From NCBI GenBank assembly GCA_040755995.1, contig JBFMAF010000055.1:224001-288000 (forward strand): a stretch of 64,000 bases of DNA, written 5' to 3'. Made by a program: the position numbers and the translations under genes. This document shows, one piece after another, positions 28,267-39,221 of the stretch; the stretch's first letter is position 1; each line of letters opens with the position of its first letter. The stretch comes from Acidobacteriota bacterium. Its GTDB lineage: Bacteria > Acidobacteriota > CAIWXX01. The notes under the pieces are model-generated. The model searched no databases and was not told the DNA's origin. It worked only from the letters and a program-made list of their open reading frames with translations.

Positions 28267-29874
28267 TCATTGATACCAGCTCAGCTCGTTGCTTCGCACG
28301 AGGTTGGCATCGTAGAGCGCGAATCCGGTGACTGAGATCCTCGGGGTGCCGACACCGATCGACCGAATTGGCAGGGTCAGGCTGAAAGAGACCGTGCCCC
28401 CCTTCTTGCCCGGCAGCTGGAGAAAGGCTCCGGTGACCCAGTAGTTGGCATTCGAGACCCAGGTGTCAGGGAATACCAGGGCCAGGTGGAACTCCAGGAA
28501 CGCGCCGCTCAGGGGGGTGGGGGAGCTCGCGATCCGCACGTCCCCGCCTGAATCCTCGAACGTGAAGCTTCCAACCATCGTCACACTCAGCGACGTGTAC
28601 GATAGAGTTGTGAACTGGAGGTTCGAGATCGCGAGCTCGACCGGCGAAGTCCCGCTCAAGAACAGCAGGACGTTCTGCATCTCGTAAGAGGTGGGATTGT
28701 CATATCCGTCCAGATTGTTGTAGTGGACCGCGACCACGTCCAAGTGTGCGTCTTTGTTGACGTCCGCCACACCCAGGTTGCGGTTCGGGCTGCAATGCGT
28801 GAAGAACCCCTCATCCACCTGCGAGATGTCGACCGGCTTGCCGAGCCGGGCTGAGCCGTTGCCCGGATACAGGGCGACATGGCTTTGGTAGAGTCCAGGG
28901 GCCGAGGCGACCAGGTCCGTCTTCCCATCACCAGTGACGTCGCCAAGTACCATGTCATAATCCAATTCACCGGCCGAGCCCGGGATCGATGCCTTCTTCC
29001 CAAACGTTCCGTTCCCCCTCCCCAACCAAACCCATCCGAATGGCGAGTCGATACCCTCACCCGCCAGGTCCAGTTTGCTGTCGCCGTTGACATCTCCAAC
29101 CGTCACCATCGTTCCGCTCGTCTTCGCGTCGATCGTCCTGCCCTGTAGAAACGATCCCGCGCCATCGGCCAGGAATAGTGTCAGCGTCGGAGCATCCTCC
29201 GCCCGCACGACAATGTCGTCAAGTCCATCCCCATTGAAGTCGCCGGCTGCCATTCGCTCGTAGATGACGTCCTCGACCAACTTGATCATGGAGAACTTGC
29301 TCCCGCCCAGGTTTCGGAAGGCCGCAACGGAGCGCGGCACATCGTATTCATAGTACGTGAGGAGCCCCGCGATGTCCGGGCGCCCGTCCCCGTCGAAATC
29401 CAGAACGACCGCGTCGCCGAAATCAGGCTCGGGACTCGCGCTGCGTACGATCTTCGGGTTGAGGAGCTCTCCATTCCCCTTGCCGGGAAAAACGGCAAAG
29501 AGAGCGCCGCCGGTTGCCGAGTCGACGGCGATGTCGATCTTGCCGTCGCCGGTGAAATCAGCCGCCCCGATGAGTCGCCTTCCCAGGCCGGAGTACCCTT
29601 TGCTGAGTCGCTTGCTGTATTTCAGTTGCGTGTCCCCGAGCAGTATGTTGATCTTCCTCTTGCCTCGGTCAATCGTGACGATGTCGGAGAACCCGTCGCC
29701 GGTGAGATCGGCTGCGATGATGTCACTGATGCTTCCTGAGACCGGAACACGCACCTGTTTGAGCTCGGCTGCTTGTCCAATCACGACAGAAACCAGGAGA
29801 CACCAAAGGGTCGTCAGGACAGCTGTTCCGTTCAAACACGGGAACCCGGCGGCGCGCATACGATTCATGGCCAT
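28267..29874 (-). CDS. Secreted FG-GAP/VCBS repeat protein
   Basis: Repeated D(F/V)xGDGxxD motifs; signal peptide; RBS. Confidence 0.88.
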   Translation of the reverse strand: MAMNRMRAAGFPCLNGTAVLTTLWCLLVSVVIGQAAELKQVRVPVSGSISDIIAADLTGDGFSDIVTIDRGKRKINILLGDTQLKYSKRLSKGYSGLGRRLIGAADFTGDGKIDIAVDSATGGALFAVFPGKGNGELLNPKIVRSASPEPDFGDAVVLDFDGDGRPDIAGLLTYYEYDVPRSVAAFRNLGGSKFSMIKLVEDVIYERMAAGDFNGDGLDDIVVRAEDAPTLTLFLADGAGSFLQGRTIDAKTSGTMVTVGDVNGDSKLDLAGEGIDSPFGWVWLGRGNGTFGKKASIPGSAGELDYDMVLGDVTGDGKTDLVASAPGLYQSHVALYPGNGSARLGKPVDISQVDEGFFTHCSPNRNLGVADVNKDAHLDVVAVHYNNLDGYDNPTSYEMQNVLLFLSGTSPVELAISNLQFTTLSYTSLSVTMVGSFTFEDSGGDVRIASSPTPLSGAFLEFHLALVFPDTWVSNANYWVTGAFLQLPGKKGGTVSFSLTLPIRSIGVGTPRISVTGFALYDANLVRSNELSWYQ

Positions 29875-30168
29875 GTTCTGTCTCCTCCTCTCGTAGTGCG
29901 ATCGGTGAACATCCCTGCCCCTTCTGCCCGACCGCAAGGGTCTTGGCCGGCATGCAATTGCCTCTCAGGATGAGCGCAAGACAGCGCGTGAGGTGCAGCC
30001 GTTGCGCCTCGCGCCGAAGCAAACCGGCTGGCGCGTGCCATACTTGGACAATAGGCCTCGAAGTAGCCGAAGTCAATTGCAGTCTAACCTGACATCGTGT
30101 GGGTGGTCAGACGGGTGAACTTCGACAGCGGAGATCACGTATCTCTTGGGCATAAACGGAGGGATACA

Positions 30169-31524
30169 ATGAAGATGCTCGCCGTTCTCCCGCTCCTGCT
30201 CGCGTTCGCACCAGACCCATCGGGGCAGCCGTCTCCGAAGACGTACGCGCTCACAGATGTGACGGTGATTGACGGGACAGGTTCTTCTCCGCAGCCGCAC
30301 AGGACGGTTGTCATCTCCGGGAACCGCATTGCTGCAATCCAGCCAGCCGAAGCCCAACTGGACGGGACTGTCGAGCGAATCGATGGGAAGGGCAAGTTCC
30401 TCATCCCGGGCCTGTGGGACATGCACGTCCACCTGGCATACATGGGCGACGTGGCCTGCCCGGCTCTGATAGCAAACGGCGTGACATCGGTTCGCGATCT
30501 TGGAGGAGGTCTGGAGGTCATCGATTGGCTGCGGGCTGAGATCGCGGCAGTGGATCTGATCGGCCCGCGAGTCTATCGGTCAGGCCCGGTCGTAGACGGA
30601 CCGAAACCGGGCGCCAGGGATCGGTTGGTGATCGACAGCACGGAGGACGGCCGGCGCGCGGTGTCTTTCCTGAAAGCCCGCGGTGTCGACTTCATCAAGG
30701 TGCACAATGGTCTACAGCCCGAGCCGTACTTCGCACTGCTCGATGAAGCGAAGCGCCAGGGGATTCAAGTCGTCGGCCACATTCCGCTTTCCATCATGGA
30801 CCCGGCTACGGCCGTCGACGCGGGGCACCGCAGCGTCGAGCACATCGTCAGCCTCATGGAAGGACCCGTCTATCAGAAGGTCAAAGCCGGCAAGTCGCAG
30901 GAGGCGGCGATCGCGGAGTTCACCGACGCGGAAGCGAGAAGGTTGGCACGGACGATGGTGGCAAACGCCGCATGGTTCGATCCTACACTCGTCGGATACT
31001 GGGCCCGGGCCAATCAATGGGACATTCGAGCGCAGGGAGATCCCCGTGACAGGTATGTCAGCGCATCGGGCAAAGAGTTCTGGGATACCTTCCCGGATCT
31101 CCCCGACAAGCCTGAGCTGCGCGCCCTGCTCGCTCGAGGGTTCGACCGTTTTCTTGAAATCACCCGGATCCAACATCAAGAAGGGGTGCGCTTCCTGGCC
31201 GGTACGGATCTTGCCGCGAAGTACGTCTACCCCGGGTTCAGTCTGCATGACGGATTGGTCTGGTTGAACAAGGCCGGGCTAACCCCGATGGAGGCGCTCA
31301 TCGCAGGAACCAGGAACTGCGCGGAGTCGCTCGGCAGGCTGCATGAGCTCGGCACGATCGAACAAGGTAAGCTCGCAGACCTCGTCCTGCTGGACCGAAA
31401 TCCGCTTGAAGACATCCGGAATACGACCAGGATTGCCGTCGTCGTGGCCAACGGCCGCGTCTTTCGCAGGGCAGAGCTCGACAACATCCTGGAGCAGGTT
31501 GCCGCGGCGGCGCCAACGCGCTAG
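30169..31524 (+). CDS. Secreted amidohydrolase
   Basis: PGLWDMHVH, NGVTSVRD, AGTD, GKLADLVLLDRNPL. Confidence 0.9.
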   Translation: MKMLAVLPLLLAFAPDPSGQPSPKTYALTDVTVIDGTGSSPQPHRTVVISGNRIAAIQPAEAQLDGTVERIDGKGKFLIPGLWDMHVHLAYMGDVACPALIANGVTSVRDLGGGLEVIDWLRAEIAAVDLIGPRVYRSGPVVDGPKPGARDRLVIDSTEDGRRAVSFLKARGVDFIKVHNGLQPEPYFALLDEAKRQGIQVVGHIPLSIMDPATAVDAGHRSVEHIVSLMEGPVYQKVKAGKSQEAAIAEFTDAEARRLARTMVANAAWFDPTLVGYWARANQWDIRAQGDPRDRYVSASGKEFWDTFPDLPDKPELRALLARGFDRFLEITRIQHQEGVRFLAGTDLAAKYVYPGFSLHDGLVWLNKAGLTPMEALIAGTRNCAESLGRLHELGTIEQGKLADLVLLDRNPLEDIRNTTRIAVVVANGRVFRRAELDNILEQVAAAAPTR

Positions 31525-31889
31525 GAATCGTCCCGGCTTCGCACCGACTGCCGGCGGGGGACATCGCCTGGAACCGCGGCTGCAACAGGAGCGCCGCAGG
31601 CGACCAGATGGCACCGTGTTCACGGCCGTAGGCCCGCAGAGCCTCGTACGCGCGGTCCCGTCGCCGCGTGTCACGCGCAAGCGCGCACGTCGTCGGATCC
31701 GTGTCATCATCCCCGACAGCCAAGACATGAAAGTGCAGGCCGAAGCCCTCGTCTTCGCCGCGGATATTGACGATCGCAGGTCGTCCGAGAGCGGACGACG
31801 ACGTCCGGTTCCGCTCGATTGCAGCCCGCGTGTCGGCGGCCTGGTCATTACGATTCAATGACTTGTGCCGAGACGCCATTCCCGGACGC

Positions 31890-31905
31890 TGGCACCCAGA
31901 TTGCT
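31890..31905 (+). promoter_or_regulatory. Sigma54 -24/-12 promoter
   Basis: TGGCAC-N5-TTGCT, 23 bp upstream of an operon that encodes a sigma54 activator. Confidence 0.8.
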
Positions 31906-31928
31906 ACTTCCAAGTCCGGGAAACACAG

Positions 31929-33173
31929 ATGGATCGCGTGGTCAGCCCTGGCAAGAGGCGTCGGCGAATCATTCGCGCCTCGCTCGTAGCAGCGTCGCTC
32001 GTCGCGGCAGCCGTTACAGCTCTTGCCTTCCTGTCGGGTCTGATCGGGACAGGACTGGCCCGGGACCGCGTCCGGACGGCGCGCGTCGACACCGGCCCGA
32101 TCGAAGCCAGCATCAGCACATCGGGTGTGGTCGAACCGGAGTTCGAACACGTGGTCACAAGCCCGGTCGACACGCGCGTGCTGCGGATCGTCAAGCGGCC
32201 GGGCGAACAGGTCCGTGCGGGCGATGTCTTTGTCGAGCTGGATATCAGTCAGGTCCGGCTGGACCTCGAGAAGCTGGACCAGCAGGTGCAGCTCAAACTC
32301 AACCAGTTGGCCCGGGCGCGGCTGGACCTGGATGAGGCTCTGATCACGCTGGAGAGGCAGCTCGAGATCAAGAAGCTCGAACTCGAAGCTCAGCGCACAA
32401 ACACGGGCCGCATGCGCAGTCTCCTGCAGGAAGGACTCGTGGCCCAGACGGTCGTCGACCAAGCTGTGGTCGAGGAGAAGAAGACGGCGGTCGAACAGGA
32501 ACAGCTCGAGCAGACGATCGCCAACGCCCGAGCTTCCACACAGGCCGAGCTGGCCGGGCTCGATATGGAGATGGCCATTCTCCGCAAGGAACGCGATGAA
32601 GCTCGCCGGCAGCTCGACCTGGCTTCCACCGTCTCCGACCGCGACGGCGTGCTGACGTGGGCGCTGCAGGAGGAGGGAGCGGCCGTCCGCTCCGGCGACG
32701 TCATCGCCCGGATCGCCGACCTGACACGCTTCCGCATCAGGGCGGATGTGTCCTACGTTCATTCCGCGAAGCTCGCGCAGGGACTGCCGGTCATCATCCG
32801 CATCAACGAGACGCAACTCACCGGGACCACTCGGCAGATCCTTCCCACCATCACGAATGGGATCATATCGGTGTTGGTCGGCCTGGACGAGCCTGCTCAC
32901 GTTCTTCTCAAACCCAACCTTCGCGTAGAGGTCGAGATCGTCGTCGCGCGCAAGAGCCGGGGGCTGCGGTTGAAGCGCGGCCCCGGCGTCGATTCGGAAG
33001 GACGGCGCGAGATGTTCGTTGTGCACGGCGACCGCGCGGTGAAGACTCCGGTCGAGCTCGGTGTCGCCGGATACGATCACTGTGAAGTCATCTCCGGGCT
33101 GTCGGAGGGCGACGAGGTGATCATCTCCGACATGGCCTCCTACATGGACAGGAAGGAGATCGCGCTGCGATGA
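31929..33173 (+). CDS. Efflux periplasmic adaptor (MacA/HlyD-like)
   Basis: N-terminal TM, lipoyl halves, coiled coil, GLSEGDEVII. Confidence 0.88.
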   Translation: MDRVVSPGKRRRRIIRASLVAASLVAAAVTALAFLSGLIGTGLARDRVRTARVDTGPIEASISTSGVVEPEFEHVVTSPVDTRVLRIVKRPGEQVRAGDVFVELDISQVRLDLEKLDQQVQLKLNQLARARLDLDEALITLERQLEIKKLELEAQRTNTGRMRSLLQEGLVAQTVVDQAVVEEKKTAVEQEQLEQTIANARASTQAELAGLDMEMAILRKERDEARRQLDLASTVSDRDGVLTWALQEEGAAVRSGDVIARIADLTRFRIRADVSYVHSAKLAQGLPVIIRINETQLTGTTRQILPTITNGIISVLVGLDEPAHVLLKPNLRVEVEIVVARKSRGLRLKRGPGVDSEGRREMFVVHGDRAVKTPVELGVAGYDHCEVISGLSEGDEVIISDMASYMDRKEIALR

Positions 33174-33281
33174 GCTTCGCCATCCAGGCAGCCTGTCGTG
33201 GCCGTAGTGTAAGGACGATCCTGCCGGATTGGGGAACTGCGTGCGCAGTTGACACAGACAGCACATGACAAGGAGTACACC

Positions 33282-33950
33282 ATGATCAAACTGACTGACG
33301 TCGAGAAAGTCTACCGGACGGACCGGATCGAGACGGTGGCTCTCTCCAACTTCAACCTCGATGCGAAGGAGGGCGAATTCATCTCCGTCATGGGTCCATC
33401 CGGCTCTGGGAAGAGCACCTTGCTCAACATTATCGGATTGCTCGATGTGCCGACGGGTGGCACGGTGAACCTCGCGGGCCGTCCCGTCACCGGCCGCAAA
33501 GACCGCGAGCTGGCGCGGATCCGAAACGAGGAGGTCGGGTTCATCTTCCAGACGTTCCACCTGATCCCGGATCTCAACGTCATGGACAACGTCGAGATCC
33601 CGCTCCTGTACAGGCGCGGCGTCTCGGGGTCCGAGCGTCGGAGGAGGGTGTTGGAGGCGATTGAACGCGTCGCCCTCTCCTCGCGCGCACACCACTTCCC
33701 CCCCCAGCTCTCGGGCGGCCAGCAGCAGCGAGTTGCGATCGCGCGTGCGATCGTGGGGAAGCCCCGCATCCTGCTCGCCGACGAGCCCACCGGGAACCTG
33801 GACAGCCAGATGGGCGAGGAAATCATGAAGATCCTGAAGGACCTCAACGAGAGGAACCGGACGGCCATCATCATGGTAACGCACGACCCCGGCCTGGCCG
33901 AGCAGACCCACCGGACCATCCGCATCTTCGACGGACGGCAGGTGAACTAG
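33282..33950 (+). CDS. ABC transporter ATP-binding protein (MacB/LolD type)
   Basis: GPSGSGKS, LSGGQQQRV, LADEPTGNLD. Confidence 0.95.
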   Translation: MIKLTDVEKVYRTDRIETVALSNFNLDAKEGEFISVMGPSGSGKSTLLNIIGLLDVPTGGTVNLAGRPVTGRKDRELARIRNEEVGFIFQTFHLIPDLNVMDNVEIPLLYRRGVSGSERRRRVLEAIERVALSSRAHHFPPQLSGGQQQRVAIARAIVGKPRILLADEPTGNLDSQMGEEIMKILKDLNERNRTAIIMVTHDPGLAEQTHRTIRIFDGRQVN

Positions 33951-33959
33951 GGGGCCGCC

Positions 33960-35189
33960 ATGCTGAAGAGCTACATCAAGATCGCCTGGAAGGTCTTTCT
34001 CAGGCGCAAGTTCTTTACCTTCATCAGCCTCTTCGCCATCAGCGTCACTCTCATCGTTCTGATGGCCGCGTCCACGATACTCGACCACACGCTCGGATCC
34101 ATGCCGCCCGAGACACGCCTGTACCGCACGCTCTGCGTCTTCTTCATGAAGATGGAGGGAGAGCGGGCCGAGATATCCACCTTCGCCGGCTACGGGTTCC
34201 TCGACCGTTACGCCAGGGGACTGCCGGGTGTGGAGCGGATGGGGATCGTCAGCCAGGCCCCTGAGGCCGTCGACTCGTATGTCGAGAACAGGAAGATCAC
34301 GTCGCAGCTGAGGCGGACCGATGGGGATTTCTGGAAGATCATGGAGTTCACGTTCCTCGAGGGGGCGCCGTTCACCGTCCAGGACGATCGTGACGGGCAC
34401 CCTGTGGCGGTCATCAACGCAACGACGCGCGAGCGCTTCATCGGCGGCGGATCAGCTCTGGGGCGGTCGATCAAGCTCGGAGAGCAGACGTTCCGCGTCG
34501 TGGGTGTCGTCCCCGACGTGCCCCTGTACCGGGTACTTTCGTACGGCGACGTCTGGGTGCCGATCGGCACCATCCCGACGGCTCACTATCGGACGGAACT
34601 GGTCGGCGACTTCATCGGCCTGTTCCTTGCCCGCAGCGAGCGTGACTTCGCAACCATTCGCGCGGCCTTCGCCGAACGGTTGCGCCAGCCGGAGCTCCCG
34701 GATCCGGAGGAGTTCGATCGGCTGGAAGGCGAGTTGCAGACGCTCGCCGAGTACATCGCCAACACCGAGATCGGCCTCCCGCCGAAGAGCTTATATCTCG
34801 TCGTTGTTCTACTGATGGTGCTGTTCATGATTCTGCCGGCGGTCAACCTGATCAATATCAACGTCAGCCGGATGCTGGAGCGGAGCAGCGAGATCGGCGT
34901 CCGCAAGGCGTTCGGTGCGGCGTCCTGGACTCTGGTCACCCAGTTCGTGATCGAAAACGTCCTGCTGACGATCATCGGCGGTGTCGTTGCGGCGGGCGGC
35001 AGCGCGCTGGTTCTGAGAACCATTGCCGAGAGCGGCCTCCTCCCGTACGCCAACTTTCATTTCAACGTACCCGTGTTTCTCTATGGCCTGGCCCTCACTC
35101 TCTTCTTCGGCGTCTTCTCCGGGGTCTATCCGGCCTGGAAGATGTCCCGCCTGCATCCGGTGCAGGCGCTGCGTGGAGGTGTGCGATGA
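33960..35189 (+). CDS. ABC permease (MacB/FtsX)
   Basis: EIGVRKAFGA, GVYPAWKMSRLHPVQALR. Confidence 0.92.
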   Translation: MLKSYIKIAWKVFLRRKFFTFISLFAISVTLIVLMAASTILDHTLGSMPPETRLYRTLCVFFMKMEGERAEISTFAGYGFLDRYARGLPGVERMGIVSQAPEAVDSYVENRKITSQLRRTDGDFWKIMEFTFLEGAPFTVQDDRDGHPVAVINATTRERFIGGGSALGRSIKLGEQTFRVVGVVPDVPLYRVLSYGDVWVPIGTIPTAHYRTELVGDFIGLFLARSERDFATIRAAFAERLRQPELPDPEEFDRLEGELQTLAEYIANTEIGLPPKSLYLVVVLLMVLFMILPAVNLININVSRMLERSSEIGVRKAFGAASWTLVTQFVIENVLLTIIGGVVAAGGSALVLRTIAESGLLPYANFHFNVPVFLYGLALTLFFGVFSGVYPAWKMSRLHPVQALRGGVR

Positions 35190-36370
35190 CCCGTCATCTG
35201 CTGAAGCTGGTCTGGAACCGCAAGCGTTCCAACCTCCTGATCATGGTGGAGATACTGGTCTCCTTTCTCGTTCTCTTTCCAATTGTTCTGCTCGTGGCCC
35301 AGGGCTGGTCCAACTACCGGCGGCCACTGGGCTTCGACGTGCGCGATGTGTGGTTCGTCAAGATGTACTCCGGACAGCCCACCTTCGCCGAAACCGAGGA
35401 AGAGACGGCCCGGCGGCGGGAGCTGCTGCGGCAGCTCTACCCCGCGGCCAAGGAATCTCCGGCCGCTGCCCAGGCATCGGCCGCCCTCATCTTCCCGTTT
35501 ACCGATTCGACATTCTCCGGCCTCAGGGGTACCAACTGGATCTATGCTACGGACACGTTCAAGGACGTCATGGGTGTAACCATGGCAAGCGGCCGCTGGT
35601 TCCAGGAGGATGACGCGCAGTTGGCATGGCGGCCTATCGTCATCAATCGCCACTTCGCCCGGGATCGATGGGGGACTGACTCTCCGATCGGCCAGAAGAT
35701 CTCGCCGCCGGACGCCGACCCGGAGATGCGTGTGATCGGAGTGGTCGACGATTTCCGCGTCAAGGGTGACTTTTCGTCGAGTGAGAACATCATCTTCGTG
35801 CCGGTCAACTTGAACAGCGGGTGGGCCCCAGAGTTGCCCGACCGGCTATTGCTCAAAGTCCACCCAGGCACGACGGCTTCCGCCGAGGATGCGCTGCTCC
35901 GCCGGCTGCGTGCCATCGCCCCGAGCTACACGTTCGAGGTGAAGCCCCTTGAGGCGATTCGCGACGAGTACATTCGTATGACCGCGGCGCCGATCATCGC
36001 CGCCGCGCTTGTCGTGGGGTTCCTCCTGCTCATGGTGGCCCTCGGCCTCAACGGGGTGATCTGGCAGAGCATCACGCGCCGCACGGCTGAGATCGGGCTC
36101 AGGCGTGCCCAGGGCGCCACGGTCGGCCACATCTGCGTCCATTTGCTCGGCGAGCTCGTGTTGATGACTGGGGTCAGCATCGTCGTGGGGTCGGCCATCC
36201 TGGTTCAGGTCCCAGTCCTGGACCTCCTTGGGTCTTTCCCTGCCGGCGTGTATACTGCCAGCATGTTGATCGCCACCGCGGGGATCTTTCTGCTGGTTGT
36301 CCTGAGCGCGCTGTATCCGAGTTGGCTCGCGACCCGGCTCCGGCCGGTTGAGGCGCTTCACTACGAGTGA
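35186..36370 (+). CDS. ABC permease (MacB/FtsX)
   Basis: EIGLRRAQGA, YPSWLATRLRPVEALHYE. Confidence 0.92.
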   Translation: MTRHLLKLVWNRKRSNLLIMVEILVSFLVLFPIVLLVAQGWSNYRRPLGFDVRDVWFVKMYSGQPTFAETEEETARRRELLRQLYPAAKESPAAAQASAALIFPFTDSTFSGLRGTNWIYATDTFKDVMGVTMASGRWFQEDDAQLAWRPIVINRHFARDRWGTDSPIGQKISPPDADPEMRVIGVVDDFRVKGDFSSSENIIFVPVNLNSGWAPELPDRLLLKVHPGTTASAEDALLRRLRAIAPSYTFEVKPLEAIRDEYIRMTAAPIIAAALVVGFLLLMVALGLNGVIWQSITRRTAEIGLRRAQGATVGHICVHLLGELVLMTGVSIVVGSAILVQVPVLDLLGSFPAGVYTASMLIATAGIFLLVVLSALYPSWLATRLRPVEALHYE

Positions 36371-36376
36371 GGAACC

Positions 36377-37744
36377 GTGATCCTCGTCGTGGACGATGAT
36401 CGGTCGATCACCGCCTCGCTTTCGCTGTTGCTCAAGCAGTCGGGCTACAAGAGCATGTCGGTTGCTGCACCCGCCGAGGCGCTCGGACAGCTCGACCGCC
36501 AAGATCTGCATCTCGTCCTCCAGGACATGAACTTCTCCCGGCAGACGACGGGCGAGGAGGGGCTGGCGTTGCTGAAGCAGATCAAGTCGCGCCGCCCGGA
36601 ACTGCCCGTGATTCTGATCACGGCCTGGGGGACCATCGAACTGGCAGTGCACGGGATGCGGGCTGGAGCGGCGGATTTCGTGACCAAGCCGTGGACGCAG
36701 CAGCAGATCGTGCAGTCGGTGCAGACAGCACTGAGCCTTGCGGCCACCGCGCCGCAGGCAGCGGCGCAGCCGCGCACGCGAGCCGAGTACGACGCGCGCC
36801 ACGATTTCGCAAAGATCATCGGAGAGGATCCCAAGATTCTGAAGATCTTGGAGATCATCAGCCGTGTGAGCGCCACGGACGCATCTGTGTTGATCACGGG
36901 CGAGAGCGGAACGGGGAAGGAACTGGTTGCCGAAGTCATCCACCGCAACAGCCACCGCCGTCACGGGCCGTTCGTGAAGGTCAATCTCGGCGGTGTCTCA
37001 ACCTCCCTTTTCGAGAGCGAGATGTTCGGGCACGTGAAGGGAGCGTTCACAGACGCCCGCAGCGATCGCAAGGGCCGTTTCGAGGTGGCGGATGGAGGGA
37101 CCATCTTCCTGGACGAGATCGGGGAGCTGGACCCGGGAGTCCAGGTCAAGCTCCTCCGCGTGCTGCAGGATCGGACGTACGAGGTGCTCGGTTCGAGCCT
37201 TCCGCGGACGGTGAACGTGCGGGTCATCTCGGCCACCAACCGCAACCTGCCGGGGCTGGTCGAGGAGGGCCGGTTCAGGGAGGATCTCCTCTTCCGTCTG
37301 AACCTGATCGCGATCCAGATACCGCCTCTTCGCGAACGTCCCGGCGACATCCCGGCGCTCGTCAACCACTTCCTCGAACGCCTCTCCCGCTCTTACGGAC
37401 GCGGTGCGATCCGTGTGACGAGCGGCGGCCTGGATTGGCTCCGATGGCTCTCCTGGCCGGGCAACATTCGGCAGCTGGCCCATCTCATCGAACGCACGGT
37501 GCTGACATGTGACAAGGAGCTGCTGGATGCGGTCGACTTCCGGCTGGCTCTGGACATGGAGCTGCGGGAGGCCGACCGGTCGCTGCCGGAGGTCGGCAGC
37601 ATCTCGCTGGACGAGATGGAGAAGGCGATGATCCTGAAGGCACTCAAGCACCATCGCGGGCACATCACTAACGCCGCCGCATCGCTCGGCCTCAGCCGCA
37701 CCGCACTCTACCGCCGGATGGAGAAGTACGGAATCAAAGCGTGA
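36377..37744 (+). CDS. Sigma54-dependent response regulator (NtrC family)
   Basis: Receiver, GESGTGKE, GAFTDA, FLDEIGE, HTH. Confidence 0.95.
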   Translation: MILVVDDDRSITASLSLLLKQSGYKSMSVAAPAEALGQLDRQDLHLVLQDMNFSRQTTGEEGLALLKQIKSRRPELPVILITAWGTIELAVHGMRAGAADFVTKPWTQQQIVQSVQTALSLAATAPQAAAQPRTRAEYDARHDFAKIIGEDPKILKILEIISRVSATDASVLITGESGTGKELVAEVIHRNSHRRHGPFVKVNLGGVSTSLFESEMFGHVKGAFTDARSDRKGRFEVADGGTIFLDEIGELDPGVQVKLLRVLQDRTYEVLGSSLPRTVNVRVISATNRNLPGLVEEGRFREDLLFRLNLIAIQIPPLRERPGDIPALVNHFLERLSRSYGRGAIRVTSGGLDWLRWLSWPGNIRQLAHLIERTVLTCDKELLDAVDFRLALDMELREADRSLPEVGSISLDEMEKAMILKALKHHRGHITNAAASLGLSRTALYRRMEKYGIKA

Positions 37745-39081
37745 AGCTCCGGCACAGGTTCATCCTCTATGTAGCGGTGCTCCATTTGGGGTTGGCCGCG
37801 CTCGCGGTGCCGCTGCTGCTGGAGGACCGAGTCTGGCTGCTGGCCGTCGAGGCTCTCATTCTGATGTCGCTGTTTCTAGGGTACACGCTCTACCGCAGCG
37901 TCTTCGGCACCCTCTCGGTGATCCAGACCGGTGCGCAGTTCCTGCAGGAGCAGGATTTCAGCACGCGGATTGTGCCGGTCGGGCAGCCCGAGATGGACCA
38001 GCTGGTCGCCCTCTACAACCGGATGATCGATCAGCTGCGCGACGAGAGGGTTCGCCTGCAGGAACAGCATCATTTCCTCAACAAGGTCCTGGCCGCCTCC
38101 CCCTCCGGCATCGTGACCTTCGACCTCGACCGGCGCATCAGCATGATGAACCCGGCGGCGGCGCGGATTCTCCAGAGAAGCGAACAGGAGCTGCGCGGGC
38201 TGATGTTGGCCGAGGTCCGGACGCCGTTCGCCAACGAGCTGCATCAGCTCAAGGTCGGCGAGTCGCGACTCATCCCACTCGGCGGGCGCCGCCGCCTCAA
38301 GTGCCAGAAGTCCCACTTCCTGGATCGCGGGTTCCCGCGGGAGTTCGTCCTGCTGGAGGAGCTCACCGAGGAGCTGCGGCAGACGGAGAAGGCCGCTTAC
38401 GAGAAGCTCATCCGGATGATGAGCCACGAGGTCAACAACACGGTGGCGGCGACCAACTCCCTGCTCCATTCATGCCGGCACTATGCCGGGCAGTTGAAGG
38501 ATGAGGACCGGGAGGATTACGAAAAGGCCTTGCAGGTGGTGATCGGGCGGGCAGAGGAGCTGAACGACTTCATGAAGGGGTTCGCGGAGGTGGCTCGCGT
38601 GCCCAATCCCTGCCGCCATCCGTGCGACCTTCGCGAGCTGCTCATGCAGATCCAGCGGCTGCTGGACTCGGAGCTCGCGCAGCGCCGGATCTCATGGCAG
38701 TGGGACATCCAGGCGGATCCCGGTCCGGTGATGCTGGACAGGGGCCAGATGGAGCAGGCTCTCGTGAATATCCTCCGCAACTCGATCGAGGCCATCGAGT
38801 ATGCAGGCACCATCACGGCGCGGATCGGGTCATCGGCCGGAGTCCCTTTCGTCCTCATCGAAGACACGGGCTCGGGGATCCGTCCCGAAGACGCGGAGCG
38901 CCTGTTCACTCCGTTCTTCAGTACCAAGCAGAACGGGCAAGGGATCGGCCTGACTCTCGTCCGAGAGATCCTGGACGGCCACGGCTTCGACTACGCCCTC
39001 GACAGCGCGCCCGATTGCCCCACCCGGTTCTCCATCTCGTTCGCGACTCCCACCCACCAGCGGCTCGCGCCGACCTCGTGA
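37741..39081 (+). CDS. Sensor histidine kinase
   Basis: TM-HAMP-PAS, SHEVNN, EDTGSG, GQGIGL. Confidence 0.93.
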   Translation: MKLRHRFILYVAVLHLGLAALAVPLLLEDRVWLLAVEALILMSLFLGYTLYRSVFGTLSVIQTGAQFLQEQDFSTRIVPVGQPEMDQLVALYNRMIDQLRDERVRLQEQHHFLNKVLAASPSGIVTFDLDRRISMMNPAAARILQRSEQELRGLMLAEVRTPFANELHQLKVGESRLIPLGGRRRLKCQKSHFLDRGFPREFVLLEELTEELRQTEKAAYEKLIRMMSHEVNNTVAATNSLLHSCRHYAGQLKDEDREDYEKALQVVIGRAEELNDFMKGFAEVARVPNPCRHPCDLRELLMQIQRLLDSELAQRRISWQWDIQADPGPVMLDRGQMEQALVNILRNSIEAIEYAGTITARIGSSAGVPFVLIEDTGSGIRPEDAERLFTPFFSTKQNGQGIGLTLVREILDGHGFDYALDSAPDCPTRFSISFATPTHQRLAPTS

Positions 39082-39221
39082 CGGAAGTTGATCCCTGAGC
39101 GGCCGCTGCGCAGCCGGAAAGAGACACATGTCTGCGGGCGTGACGGCCCGGTGCCGCCAGCGGGGCCATCACGCGTGCTGGGCCGCGCTGGAGCAGTATC
39201 CGGGCAGGCGAGCCAAAGCGC

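Noticed and set aside
31848..34400. 850-aa minus-strand ORF (likewise 23302-24987, 57941-59890, 60890-62842, 18284-19582)
   Set aside because: These are antisense shadows of well-supported genes in GC-rich DNA, with no motifs.
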